Shown piece after piece: positions 39,318 to 51,800 of a stretch of DNA of 64,000 nucleotides. The notes under the pieces were generated by a model. The model had not been told where the DNA came from and made no database searches. It saw nothing but the letters and a program-made list of their open reading frames with translations. This DNA is from Lama glama (Eukaryota): contig CM052818.1 of assembly GCA_028534125.1 (NCBI GenBank), forward strand, positions 33,172,001 through 33,236,000. The letters run 5' to 3'. A program made the translations under genes and the position numbers. The stretch's first letter is position 1. Every line of letters begins with the position of its first letter.

Positions 39318-39829
39318 TGAGGTGGGAAGCCCCATAAAAAAAGACCGGCAGGACCCCCAGGCAGGGCCACTACTCTCCTGCCAGCACCATCCGGTTCCCT
39401 GGCTCAGTGGCTCCAGCTCACTTTTTGCCTCTGAAACGGCTTACTTCTAGGAAAGTGGAACTTACCCCTAAAATTCTATTGGTTTCCTAAGCTAACTACT
39501 GATTGGTCCATTTGTAGTACTTAATTTGCATGGAGCTCACTCCTGATTGGTTATTTCTCTCCCTCCTGACTGGTCCATTTCTACAAAGCTTGTTCCTAAT
39601 TAGTCAACTTTTGTTATACCTTATTTGCATATGATGTTGCAAAGTGTAAACTGGCAGCCTATAAAAGCCTGTGTAAACCTACAAACAGGGTCCAGAGCTT
39701 GGAGTATTAACTCTTCTGGGCCCGCTGGCATAATAAACCTGAGTTCTCCAACTCTCTGAGTGCTGCTTGGTCTCTCGCCCAGATCCAGGTTGCTGTCACA
39801 ACTGAGCTGTAACACCCTTTTCTGCAACA
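39318..39829 (+). mobile_element. ERV1-type solo LTR (512 bp) with 4-bp TSD
   Basis: TG...CA termini flanked by GTGT (39314-39317 and 39830-39833). Inverted CCAAT boxes (ATTGG at 39478, 39502, 39546), octamers ATTTGCAT (39524, 39623), TATAAAA at 39660-39666 and AATAAA at 39732-39737. Confidence 0.85.
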
Positions 39830-41679
39830 GTGTGACTGGATGAGGGTCCAGATACTTTCTCTTCCACAGAAGCAGCAGAAGGGATCATAGATTGAAGTAA
39901 TAATCTTGCCACCTGGGTGAACAGCAGGTTTAGGAATGACAAGACAAAGGTGAGATCCAGTGTTGGTACGATCAAGTCCATGACCAATAGCAGCAGTGGC
40001 CAAAACCCTCTCCAAGGCACAAAGCACACAAAGAGGGGACACAGGTGCCAGACATCACCACTAAGAAAGCTTGTTCCTAGATCCAGTCCTTTCTTAAGAG
40101 ATAATTGTAATATAATTTTCTAGGACAGTGGCATATGTTGATGATATTCTAATTTTATGTTCTTCAAGGGAAGGACCATATTTTATTTGTGTACCTGAAA
40201 CAGTGCCTGGTCCAAGACAGGGGTTCAAAAAAGTAATTTTTAATTGAATTGAAATAGTAGATTTAACCCTGTTTTCCAGGGCAGAGCAAAGGAAAATAGC
40301 ACATGCTACATAAAAACGCTGAGGTAATATTCTTTCCTGCATTTTCATATTGTGCGTAATTAGCCAAGGACTGCTACGTACAATTAGTCAAGTACTGTTA
40401 GAGCCTCAGATGTGGTCTTCAGTGTGAAAAAAAAATGACAAATCCAAAATATCTCGAAATTATTTTTATTGAATAGCCTAGGTTTGTTTTTAATCTTTCT
40501 ACAGCCCATGTTCACATCTGTGGCCTCCCTTTTATGGTCTCTGAAGCTATAAATCTTAGAGAAGACAGATAAGGTAGGCACCTTGTTAAACAAAATCCCC
40601 ACCAAAATGACAAACATTCAAACAGGAGTGGCCTGCCTTTATCTCGTCACCACCCAGTTTTGACGGAGTCTGTTTCCCTTTTTACAAAGGGTTTGCTGTC
40701 TGAGAAGTGAACATTTTACCCAGGAGACCAAAAGTCACTCCCCAGAGAGGTATTTCCCAAAGAAGGTGTACTGCCTGTTCCAGAATGCGTGCGGCTGCTG
40801 GTCTCTCTAGGCTGCTGGAAAATGCCTTGATTTTTATCTGTGGCGAGACAGATTGGGTTTTTTGATAACCTCAGTTCATTTCCCTGAAAACGTGGGTACG
40901 TATCCATATGCTGACTCATTCCGGGTGCAGAGAGCACAGCATCCCTGACAGGGGGTGGAGACTACAGAGGCTAAAACTTGGGAGGGGGAGGAGAAGGGGG
41001 AAGGGAGTGGGATGGAGAAAACAACAACGCAGGGAGCCGGATTGATTATTTACAAGACAGTTTGCCGGCAGCCAGATAAGAGATGGATCCTGGCTGGCGA
41101 CTGTTCCTGCGCTGCTTCTTTTAGGTCTTTCACTTCACAATAAAGAAGATTTGACATCGTTATTAAGTCATTTGGTTGCCCTGGAAGCTGGGTCGGTACC
41201 TGTGCTGATAACTGTATAGCAATTATTCCTGTTTGTTATAAGCTTCAGCTTTTGTTTGATGAAATGTTGGATTTAGTTGCATCTTTGTAGGTACAAGATA
41301 TTTTTAAAGAGACAGTTTTTAGGAAATTTAGATAGACGGAGCTTGCCTTTCATTGGAAAGGATCACAATATAGCCTTGCAGGATTTCTTTGCAGGGAATA
41401 ATCGCCGTCAAGTCACCCCTACACACTAAAAGCATGAAGACGATTGATGCATACAGAAGAACCAGACAGGATTCTGACCAGGGCACTGGGGCTGATCAAA
41501 ACCATAGGGGCGGCAATGTCTGTGATCTTCAGTGGACCCAGCCCCACAGTGAGTCACTTTCACATCGTTAGGAACACCAATCAACACGAGTCATCTTTTC
41601 AAGTGATGGGTCTGTTCCTTGTCACATTCTTATAACTAATAAAGATTTATTTGTATTACGACCAATTATAGTGTTCCAA

Positions 41680-42220
41680 TTCATTTTTAAATTACTATGC
41701 AATATTTGATACACGTCAAAGAATACCTGTAACACATATTTCACACAGTGGGAAAAAAAACCAAAACAGAACATGCATGAATCCACACTCCCTCTCGGAA
41801 CAGACACAACCTACGGGCCAAAGCCACCTGTTGGCTCCTCTCCATTCAGTCTTCCTGCCTCGCTCCCCAGAGAGAACCATTCTCCTCAAATATCTCTTTG
41901 TCATTCTTTTGCTTTTGAAAAACATGGTTTTACTGTCTATTTCCGTGTCCCTGAATAATATATTGTCTGGTTCTCCTTGCTTTTGAGGTTTTTCTATACA
42001 AATTCTATCACATAGTAGGTCTCCCATGACTTGCTTTTTTCAGGAAACATTAGGTCTGTAAGAGTTCACCTTTAGTGTGTGCAGATATCATTTTGTCATT
42101 TCCACAGCTGTATACTACTCCACTGGGTGAGTTTAACACTCTCTATCCACTCCCCCATTAGTTTTTACCACAACTAACAAGCCACCAGGACAATTCCTTT
42201 ATATGTGCTCCTCAAACGCA
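41680..42220 (-). mobile_element. LINE-1 (L1ME-like) 3' UTR fragment
   Basis: ccccagagagaaccattctc..catgacttgcttttttc..ttccacagctgtatactactccactgggtgagt resembles an antisense old L1 3' end. Confidence 0.65.
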
Positions 42221-42239
42221 TTTCCCCTCGGTACAGCCA

Positions 42240-42584
42240 GATAAATTTCCCAGCATTCCTGCACTGAGGTGGAGTCAAATGACTGAATTCTGAACCATGG
42301 ACTACAGGTGGGAGGGATAAACGCTACTGCTAGACCGGCCCCTACAAGCCCTGATGTGCTGGCCTGAGGCAGACCATGCAGTGCAAGATGCTGAGGCCAC
42401 AGTGAATGGTGAAGCCACTGAACAGAAGAAGCCAGGGCCCAGGATGCCTGCATGACGCAGAGCTCTCCCCCCAACTCTTGAATGACCATCAGCGAAGTGA
42501 TATCACACAAAAAGAAAACGTGACTGTTAGCTACAGAGATCAAAGGTTGCTTGTTACATCTGTTAGGCTTTCCTGACTAACACA
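42240..42584 (+). mobile_element. Old ERVL-MaLR LTR (MLT1H/I/J-like)
   Basis: tttcccagcattcctgcactgaggtggagtcaaatgactgaattctg...gttgcttgttaca...cctgactaacaca terminus. Confidence 0.7.
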
Positions 42585-42624
42585 ACCTCCACTAAAATAC
42601 ATTAGGGTAAGTCTGCACGTGGGT

Positions 42625-42892
42625 AAGAAGGGGGCAGGGCAGGGCAGGGGGTGAGGAGGGAAGGGGAGAGGTGTGGCTATAGAACGGTGCCAGGGATCCT
42701 TGTGGTGATGGAGACGTTCTGCATCTTGGTTGTGTCAGTTTCAACGTCTTGGTTGTTGACACTGTACTACAGTTGTTCAAGATGTGGCCACCACCGGAGG
42801 AAACTGGGTAAAGGGTACACAGGATCCTTCTGTGGTATCTGTTACACTCACATATAAACATACAAGTATCTCAAAAGTAAAAGTTGTTAAAA
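42625..42892 (+). mobile_element. LINE-1 (L1MC/MD-like) 3' end fragment
   Basis: gggatccttgtggtgatggagacgttctgcatcttg..ggaggaaactgggtaaagggtacacaggatc..tatctcaaaagtaaaagtt. Confidence 0.75.
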
Positions 42893-45639
42893 GAACTCTA
42901 AAAGACTATACAGTAAATATGGAGAAGTATTAACAAAAGAGGAGGCAGTGTCTCCCTTGTTTTTGGAAAACAGAAGAGTAAAGTGGCATTAAGTACAGAG
43001 GACGGACCTTAGACCCAGATGTGTGACCTAATGCACACCCTTTGCCCTTCATTTCTTCACCTTAGAAACAAGGGCAATACCTGCCTAAAACTTCATGGGG
43101 TTGGGGGGGTCAAATTACATGAGATGTACTCTGAAATATTGAAAATTCTGATACAGGATATTGAAGAGACATTTCTAATAACAACTAGAAGGATGAAGCA
43201 GCATACAAATTGCACCTAAGTTTATTAAGAGCTGGAAAGCTGCAGACTCTGAGCGTCTGTGTTAACTCAGTAACCAAGGCTGAGGGGACATTAGGAACTG
43301 TGCACCTGTGGTCACAAGACATCAAAAGTATTTGTTCCAGGTAGAGAATGTGAAATATGATACTTCATGTGTAAAAAAGAAAAAAAATCAAGATTATATA
43401 CTTGTATTTATTTTATTCACATAAAGAAACTCTGCAAGCCTGAACTGAAAAACTAACAAAAGTGACAAGAAGAGGAAAAGGATGGACTGAGCAGGGGTCA
43501 AGGTGAGACTTTTTGCAGTGTGTGTGTGTGGTGGAGGGGTGGGTGTATGTTTAACTAGGTGAATATACTGCCTATTCAAACAATAAAATTAAAAAAAATT
43601 GAAGCAATATTCTTAAGGAGGGTTTCTATATTTTGTGTGTGTGACAGTTACTTTTGTTTTTCTCAAAGCCTTAGTTCCAGGAGTATGAGTTTGCTGAGTG
43701 TTGACACCGAGGTGTGTATCTGCGCGTGTGTGTTAGTACAAGTCTGCATATGCCAGAGAACCATGCACAAGATCCTTTGTCCTTCCTCTCTCCCTCTCTT
43801 CCTCTGTCCCAGGAGTCATGGAGGGGGACTCACTGGGGCAGTTACCCCTGCTTTTCAATTTGCTGCCCCTTAGCTTACTCTGTTTAAGAACACCAATCGA
43901 TTTAATTACAGTATCACTTTACATGGGGAAACTGAGGCTGACCTAACTCACTTCACCAGATAAAATGAGATGAGAAGCAGAAGCTGAGGTCTTTACTCTC
44001 ACTTCTGCACTCTGACCACTAGTGGGTACCTCTTTGGGTCCTACGTGGCTTAAAACACGGATGCTCCCAGGGTACTAAAGTAAAACTTGGGTTGTATCAA
44101 AGGACTTTCTAGTTGTTATAAGAATTGAATTTGAAAAGCTGAAATCAAAAAGCAATTCTTTGTGACTGGGTTGGTTTTCCACAGTCCCCCATGATCTCTG
44201 GAATAATGGCAACAATGAGTGATGCTGGAGTAAACCATCTTTGAACATCAGAGTGCATAGCCTCTCTTTGTTTGCTCTCTGTGGAGACCACTAAGCCTGC
44301 AATCTGAGGCTGCTCACCTCCCAGGAGGACGGGTCTTTTGAAGTATTCCGTCCTCTTGGTTGGAGGCCAACTGAGCATGTTTTCATCTTCTTGTAAATAC
44401 ACCGTTCAAGTGCTGTCCCATCGAAACGGGTTCTACCTTCTCATTGACTGACTGTGGTGGAACAGTTTGAACTGAGGGTTTGGCCCACTCCATTCTTCCA
44501 GCCTAAAACAAAGGCTATGCCATTTGGAGATGCTTTGCTGAGACCACAATTCATTTCTGAGGTCTCCATCAAACAAGAGTGTAAGGATAAACTTTGCAAA
44601 TTCTTTTAACTTGTCTAACACAGGAGACAGTTTACAATACACATGAGGTTTCCAAGCTACAGCCAAATGAAAAATAAGAATTATTAGCATAGCCAAAGAG
44701 ATTTAAAAAAAAAATGTTCATTGGGAAAAGCCTCAGGGAATCCTAGTACAGTAGGCTGTGAGTCCCTTTAGAAAATGAACATGTCCCACTCAGCCCTTTA
44801 TCTTCAGTATTCAGTATGGTGCCTGGCACAAAGAATATGCTTAAATGTTCATGGAGTTAAATGCAGCTGTCACCTGGGGGAACTAAAAAGACAAACCTCT
44901 TTTCTACAAATGCTAAGACCTATAAAGCTAAATAAGACTCTATGTCTAACCTGAAAGACTAGCTGGAAAAATGCATGGAACTAAATTTGTATCTTTATTG
45001 GAAAACAAGCTTAGTGGAAACAATAGTTTAGGAGAGAGTTTGCTGGATGGTTGGCATTTAAAATGTGCCTACAGTTGCTAGTTCTCTGGCCTCAATCACA
45101 TGGATAGATTCGTTTGGTAATTATCTTTGCTAAGCTCACCTGTATGCAAAGTTTACTGATCACCGGCAGGTACTATGGTTTCCCTGGAGACAGGGAACCC
45201 TTAATCCACCTTTTCAACACTCAGGAAAGTTCAAAAGACTCACAGTACAAAGAGACAGATTCAGAGACAGAGTTGGGAGCATCAGAAGTAACACTGGGAG
45301 GAGTAACTCATTTACAGATAAGAACTAAGACTTAGGATTCGTGCCCATCATGTACAGTGGGGTTGGAATTCTCCTAACCATACACATACCTAGAGTCTAT
45401 TAACTTGTTTCAGAAGAGGCAATATAGTATCGTACTGTGCCCCTCAACCTTGTTCAAATCATAGCATGGACTAGAAAGTGCTATGATTTTATGATAGGTG
45501 GGGATAATGTGTGAGGCTGGCAGAGGTCGCTGACCATGGGGTCCAGCTTCTCCAAGGATTGAATTGGTCAGTATCTAGCCTATTCCCAATCCAGCAGTGT
45601 GTCCCGGCACGTGGAATGGAAAGCTTTAGTGAGTTGCTG

Positions 45640-45880
45640 AGAACAAGAGTTCTGGAAAGGTCTTAGTTCAACTACTAGCTGCGGGACTTCTGGCAAGTTC
45701 ATTTCGAGGTGACCTTGTTCCCTCTACTATAGAAAGTGGGATAAGTAGCCATCTGGTAGGGCTGTCGAGGGAATCCTATGGAATTAGGAATGTAAAGCAC
45801 TTAGCACAGCACTTTTCACATAATGAGCATTCAGTAAGTGATATTATTTACAACAATGGCATTATTATTGTTAATGTTAT
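45640..45880 (+). mobile_element. MIR SINE
   Basis: actactagctgcgggacttctggcaagtt..atgtaaagcacttagcacag..cataatgagcattcagtaagtg..attatt. Confidence 0.7.
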
Positions 45881-46014
45881 TATTATCATCATCACCTATC
45901 ACTAGAGGTCACTTCTTATCATCCTAATAACCTCTAAGTGAGAATAAAGAAAAAAATACTAGGTTAACTGAGACTGAAAAAATGCTGTCAATAAGATGCT
46001 TACCTTCTAATTAA

Positions 46015-46307
46015 TTTTTTTTTATTTGTTCATTTTTAAAATTGTGGTAAAACATACAGAACATAAAACTTACCATTTTAACCATTTTTAAGCATATGGG
46101 TCAGTGGCATTAAGGACACTCACGTTGTGCAAGCATCACCAACAACCATCTCCCGAACTTTTCTCATCTTCCCAAACTTTCTAAACAGTAACTCCCCCAT
46201 CCCCCATCTTCCCACTCCCTGGTAGCCTCTATTCTGCTTTCTGTCTCTATGACGTTGACTACTCTAGGTACCTCACATAAGTAGAATCATACAGTATTTG
46301 CCCTTTT
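46015..46307 (-). mobile_element. LINE-1 (L1MB-like) 3' UTR fragment
   Basis: Poly-T followed by aattgtggtaaaacatacagaacataaaacttaccattttaaccatttttaag..ttctgtctctatgacgttgactactctaggtacctcacataagtagaatcatacagtatttg. Confidence 0.9.
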
Positions 46308-46659
46308 AATTGTATTTTGACACTCCCTTCACCCTCACCTATCTAAAGGCAAGGGCTTAAATTTAGCTAAGGGTCATTCTCAACCCAGAAGTCACTCCCC
46401 AAAGCCTCTGTCGGTTCATTCTAGGTCAGGTTGTGTCAAGAATTTGGACCACCTTTAGGGAAGGAAAAAGTTAGCAGCAGTTTCAAGCTCCAGACCAGCT
46501 CCCTGTCCAGTGTGAAGTATGACTGCACCCTTTTGATAAAGGTTCACTCAGGCCAATTTGTTCTGAATCATCCAAACTGGGGACAACCAGGACTTTTTAG
46601 GTTGGGATGGATTCCAGGGTAAGCTGGTGAGAACCTCCCCCGCACATCTGTCCCATGTA

Positions 46660-47520
46660 AACGTTCACTCACTGATTCTTCACCTGGATATTCAGGGGCT
46701 CATAAAACTCAACACATCCCAGACTGGGTTCAACATTTCCAAATCGGCTCCTCCTAACATAATCCCTGCTCCAAATGATGGCATTGCTGGTTACCTAGAT
46801 GCCTATGGAAGAAACTGGGCAGCACCCTACTTTTCAGTCCTTCACATGCCTGGGATCAGTTACTAAGTTTTGCCTGTTTTACTTCTGAAATATTTCTTGA
46901 AATCTTTTCTTCCTCTTCATCCCTATGATGACTGCTCTAGCTTAGGTCTAATCAACTTTTGCCTAAACTATCTTTTTAGGTTTCCTGGTTCACATTCCAA
47001 ATCACCTTCTACATAATACCAGAATAATCCTTGAAAAAAAAAAGCAAATAAATGCCCCTTCTCTAGTGAGTACTCATCAGTAACTTCTTGCTATCCTCAG
47101 GATAAAGTCCATACTCATCGGCCAGGAATACCACACTCTCTGACTTCTGGGCTCTGGCGGACTCTCAAGCGCAATCTCTGACAGTCCCCAGGAACCATTA
47201 TACATTAGAGAGATTCTAAACCACTTACAGTTCCTCTATGTACTGCTATGTCTTCCCTCAGGGCTTCTGTTTATGCTAGCCTCTCTGTCTGAAATGATTC
47301 TTACAGCCCTCCTGTCCTACTGGGCTGGATGCCCCTTCTCTGTGTTCTCATAACATCTGGAGTACGCCTAGCATTGCAGTTTAAATGTTTCATTGTTGTT
47401 TTTACATCTTTATCTTCCTCACTACACTGAGCCATTCCAGAATAGGCAGTATTCATCCTGGTACCCCTAGAGTCTTCAGAGTGCCTGAACCAAAGAGGGT
47501 GTTCAATACTTGATGAATAA
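46660..47520 (+). mobile_element. LINE-2 3' portion
   Basis: cacctggatattc..aaactcaacacatccc..; cctcaggataaagtccatactc; ends gagtgcctga..gtgttcaatacttgatgaataa. Confidence 0.75.
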
Positions 47521-47580
47521 AGGACTAAATCCACAAACAAATGAGTATAATTATTGCATAGGTCAGGTCTGGAGGCCACT

Positions 47581-47669
47581 AGAAGGAAGAAAGGAAGGAA
47601 GAAAGGAAAAAAGGAGGGAGGGAAGGAAGGAAGGAAGGAAGGAAGGAAGGAAGGAAGGAAGGAAGGAAA
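47581..47669 (+). repeat. Polypurine tract with (GGAA)12 microsatellite
   Basis: 89 consecutive purines; perfect GGAA units from 47621 to 47668. Confidence 0.95.
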
Positions 47670-49390
47670 TATACATTGGAAATAAAGAAGTAAAACTGTA
47701 TTTGAAGATAATCTGTATTCCGTACATAAAATTCTAAGAAATCTACAAACTTACATACTAAATTTGTATATAATTTTCAACATACAAAAATCAATTCTAT
47801 GTCTAGATGTTAACAACATGCAACTAGAATATCAAAATTTAAATAACTCCATTAACAATAGCTTAAAATAGACTTAGGAATTAATTTAACAAAAGATGTA
47901 CAAGACCTGAATACTGAAAACTATAAAACACTGCTAACAAAAATTAAAGAAGATCTAAATAAATGGAAACATATACCATGTTCATGAATTGAAAGATTCA
48001 GATTCCGTATTTCTAAGGTGGTAATTCTCCCCAAACTGAGCTACAGATTCAGTGCAATCCCAATCGTTCTTTCTTTGTGAAAAAAGTGACAAGCTCAATC
48101 TAAAATGAAACTTATATAGAAAAGTAAAAGATCTAAACAGCCTAAACAGTTTGAAAAAAGAAATGCAAGGTTAAAGAACTTACACTACTTGATTTCAAGA
48201 CTTACTATATAATGAAAGTACACACACATTGATCAATGGAACATAATACAGAGTACAGAAATAGATCCACGCTTATATGGTCAATTGATTTTTGACAAAA
48301 GTGCCAAGGTAATTCAATGAGGAAAGGACAGTCTTTTCAACAAAGAGTGCTGAACAAATGGGTAGTAGTATAAAGAAAAAGAAAAAGAACCATGTCCCTT
48401 ACCTCATCCTATACACAAAAATTAACTTGAAGTGGATCACAGACATACATTTAAGAGCTAAAACTATAATCTTTTTAGAAGAAAACAATGCAGAAATTCT
48501 TATTGAACTAGATTAGGCAAGAATTTCTTAAGAAAAACACAGAAAGCATGGCCCCTAAAATTAACAAGTAATAAAACGGACTTAATCAAAATTTAAATTT
48601 TTCACTCTTTGAAAGACACAGTTAAGAAAGTGAAAAGCCAAGCCACCGATTGGGAAAAAACATTTGCAGAACATATAACTGACAAAGGACTTGTATCCAA
48701 AATATATAAAGAATTCATAACTTAAAAATAAGACAATCCAATTAAAAAATAGAAAAAAAATTTGAACAGACACTTCACAACATAACTTACTTGGCAAATA
48801 AGCACATGAAAAGATGCTCAACATCACTAGCCATTAGGGAATGGTAAATTAAAACCATGATGGGATACTACCACACACCCGATAATGACTGAAATTATGA
48901 AGACTGATAACAGCGAGTGTTGGAGAGGATGTGGAAGAACTGAAGTCTCATACATTTTTAGTGAGAATGTAACAAGTTACAGCCACCTGGAAAACAAAAG
49001 GGCTGTATGCTACTGAGTTAAACATATATTTACCATATAATCCAGCATTCCCACTTTGGGGTTTTTACCCAAGAGATATAAAAACATATGTCCACACAAA
49101 GAATTGTAAAAGAAATAAGATATAAAAGGCTGTATTCTCTATGATTTCATTTTTATGAAATGCTATAATAGAATAAACTATATAACAGAAAATGGTCCAT
49201 GGACACATGGGGCTGGAAGTCAAGGGATGGGATCAAAGGCAAAGGCACATGAGAAACTCTCAGGGTGACGAAAATGTTCCATGTCTTGATGGTGGTGCTA
49301 TGACTATTTGAGGTTGCCAAAATTCACTTAAGCGTTCACTTAAAATGGGTGAATTTTACTATATGTAAATTATATCTAAAAAAAAGATGG
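47665..49390 (+). mobile_element. 5'-truncated old LINE-1 (L1MD/ME-like): ORF2 3' half and 3' UTR
   Basis: attaaagaagatctaaataaatggaaacatataccatgttcatg; tatggtcaattgatttttgacaaaagtgccaagg; gcacatgaaaagatgctcaacatcactag; cacttaaaatgggtgaattttactatatgtaaattata. Confidence 0.92.
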
Positions 49391-49743
49391 AAAAATATGT
49401 CCCGTGTATGAAAGTTGAATTTATACAATTACGAAGCATACAATATGCAAATGGAAAAGTCTTTCAATCTTAAATCTGAGCATTACTTTCTAGCATTTTC
49501 CCTCATGCTGAACATTACTCAGTTCTTCAGGGTAGTGTTAAGATGTCAGCAGTATAATACTGAACATACACAGTTTGTAAAAATACTTACCTGTCTTAGT
49601 ATCTTCAAAGTGAACCATTCAAACATAGGAAGAATAATTGGACTTAAGAAACCCGGTTTCTAGTCCTCTTCTTCCCCTAACATTATGCATGGCCTTGAGC
49701 CAGGCACTCAGCCACATCCTACCTCTGTACTACAGGGAGTTTT

Positions 49744-50269
49744 CAGAGATTCTTAATCTGAGGTCCATGAATCTCCTTTTACCTCCTCCACCTCCACAAG
49801 GGTTCTTGGATGAAATTCAGGGCATCTGGGAATTTGCGTGGAAAAATGTATATCTTTATATTCCCTACCTTTAGCTGAAAATTTAGCATTTCCTCTAATT
49901 ATGAATGCAGGCACCCACCTGTAGCCATGTTAGCAGTACCTTGACTTTGTTATCAATAGAAATCTCAAACTTTTTTATATCACATTGCAGTTGTTGCTCA
50001 TATCTCCAAATGTTCTTTATGCTCACCACTATTTCAAAGTTGCAGTGGTTATTAGATTTGCCATGAATATTGCTATTTAAGATATTATAAAGAAGCTCTT
50101 ATATCTCTACATGATTACTTTTTAAAAATGTGATAATAGTATTTTAACATAATTGGCTTCCTTGTAGTACTATATATTTTATTTTATGCACTTTAAAACA
50201 CTGTGTGAAGAATGGATCCATAGGGTTCACCAAAGGAGTCTTTGGCACAAAAAGTATTAAAAACCCCTG
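49744..50269. mobile_element. hAT-Charlie DNA transposon remnant (Charlie4-like)
   Basis: Degenerate terminal inverted repeats cagagattcttaatctgaggtccatg ... aaagtattaaaaacccctg; AT-rich interior. Confidence 0.7.
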
Positions 50270-50539
50270 ACCTCTAACCATTCATTGAAGTGCTAAGAAT
50301 TTTATTCAAAATTGGCATAGAGGTGGATTGCTCATATTGTAAATGAGATCATTAAAAGTGCTTTGAAACTGTAAGGTGGTCTACTAATTTGAGAAGTTGA
50401 TTTCTATAGGCCCATGGGTGAAGTGACGCTTTCAATGATTTCACTCCTTACTTTCTTATCTAAATTATGGGGAAGAAAAACGGGTGGTGATATCCATTAT
50501 TTGGGTCCACATCTCTTCTATTCTAAAGAAATATTGTCA

Positions 50540-50905
50540 AGATTTACAGGTCCTGACTTGTTTGGATCCTGCTTTGAACAGCCAATTGTGAAAAAAAAGT
50601 ATGTTTGAAGCAAACAGGGAAATCTGAACATAGACTGGGAATTAGATGCTATTAAAGAATTAGGTGTAGTAATGTTATTTTCGATACACCTTTTAAAAAA
50701 ATTCTTATCTGTTAGAGTTGCACACTGAATTACTTTGAGGTGAAATAATATTTCACATTTGCTTCAAAATATTCCAGAAAATTAAAAAGAAAAAAGGAAC
50801 AAGGTAGACAAAACTGCAATATGGGTTACAGGGGCTGGGGAGCTCATTATATTCTTCTCTCTATTGTTGTGTTCGTTTGAAATTTTTATTAAAAAGTGTT
50901 TTTTA
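50540..50905 (+). mobile_element. LINE-1 (L1MC/ME-like) 3' UTR fragment
   Basis: gggaaatctgaacatagactgggaattagatgctattaaagaatt..atttgcttcaaaatattccag..ctcattatattcttctctctattgttgtgttcgtttgaaattttt. Confidence 0.75.
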
Positions 50906-51544
50906 AAAAAGATTCATAGGCTATCAGGATAGATCCAGCCAACAAAAATGTTTGGATTGTACTCTTTAAGAAAAAAAAAATCAAAATCACGTAAAGGAGC
51001 ACGTAGCTGGTCACAGTACTTACCACTCCTTCTTGTCTGGGATCCCGGGCTACTCCCACAATTATGCTGTCTATTTGGCTCACACAGCATTTGACTTTGT
51101 AAGCTTGCGTGGACTTCGTATAATGAACCATTACAACTGACCACATTCACTATGTCTAAACAGGTTAAAACTAGTTTTTGATCAGCAGGAGCTGGTAGTT
51201 CTTTCATTAAGCCAGTTAGTTTTGCTTCTTCTGTGGCTACAGAATGAAACCCTACTTGAGTCAATATGTTTGTGCCACTAGACAGGAAATCACAGCTGGA
51301 CAACCTGTCACCACCACTGAAGAGTGACGCCAGCTTCAGGCCTCGCAGCCTTCAGATCAGTCATGTCTTTGGTGAGATGTCCACTCAGGCTCCTGAAGGA
51401 GGAGACAGGGCACTCATATCTCCAAGGGCGCGGATGGACACCGACCCCCCTACTTTTGCTCCTGGGACTTCCAGGTTCTCTGTCAAACTCCAAAGGCTTT
51501 CAACATTCATCACATACTTGGGGATATTGCCAACCAGTGATCTG

Positions 51545-51800
51545 AAGCATTACAGTAATGCAGTTCAGCACATGGGCTCTGGAATCAGTTCCTGGACTTA
51601 AATCTTAACTCTGCTCACAGTGAATAATAGATTTACTCTTTTTGTGCCACAGTTTTGTCATTTGTAAAATGGGGCATTACTAGTAACTATCCTCAGAAGG
51701 ATGCTGTGAGGATTAAAAACTATATACATATGCAAATTACCGACAACAGTATCTGAAGCATGGTATGCACTTACTATCCGTTCACTATTATTACCATAAC
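51545..51800 (+). mobile_element. MIR SINE
   Basis: gcacatgggctctggaatcag..cagttttgtcatttgtaaaatgggg..gctgtgaggattaaa..ctattattacc. Confidence 0.8.

Noticed and set aside
49585..49729. Perfect minus-strand donor CAG|GTAAGTA at 49591 as an exon end
   Set aside because: The upstream sequence is MIR-like with only a weak acceptor, and roughly one such match is unsurprising in 128 kb of two-strand sequence.
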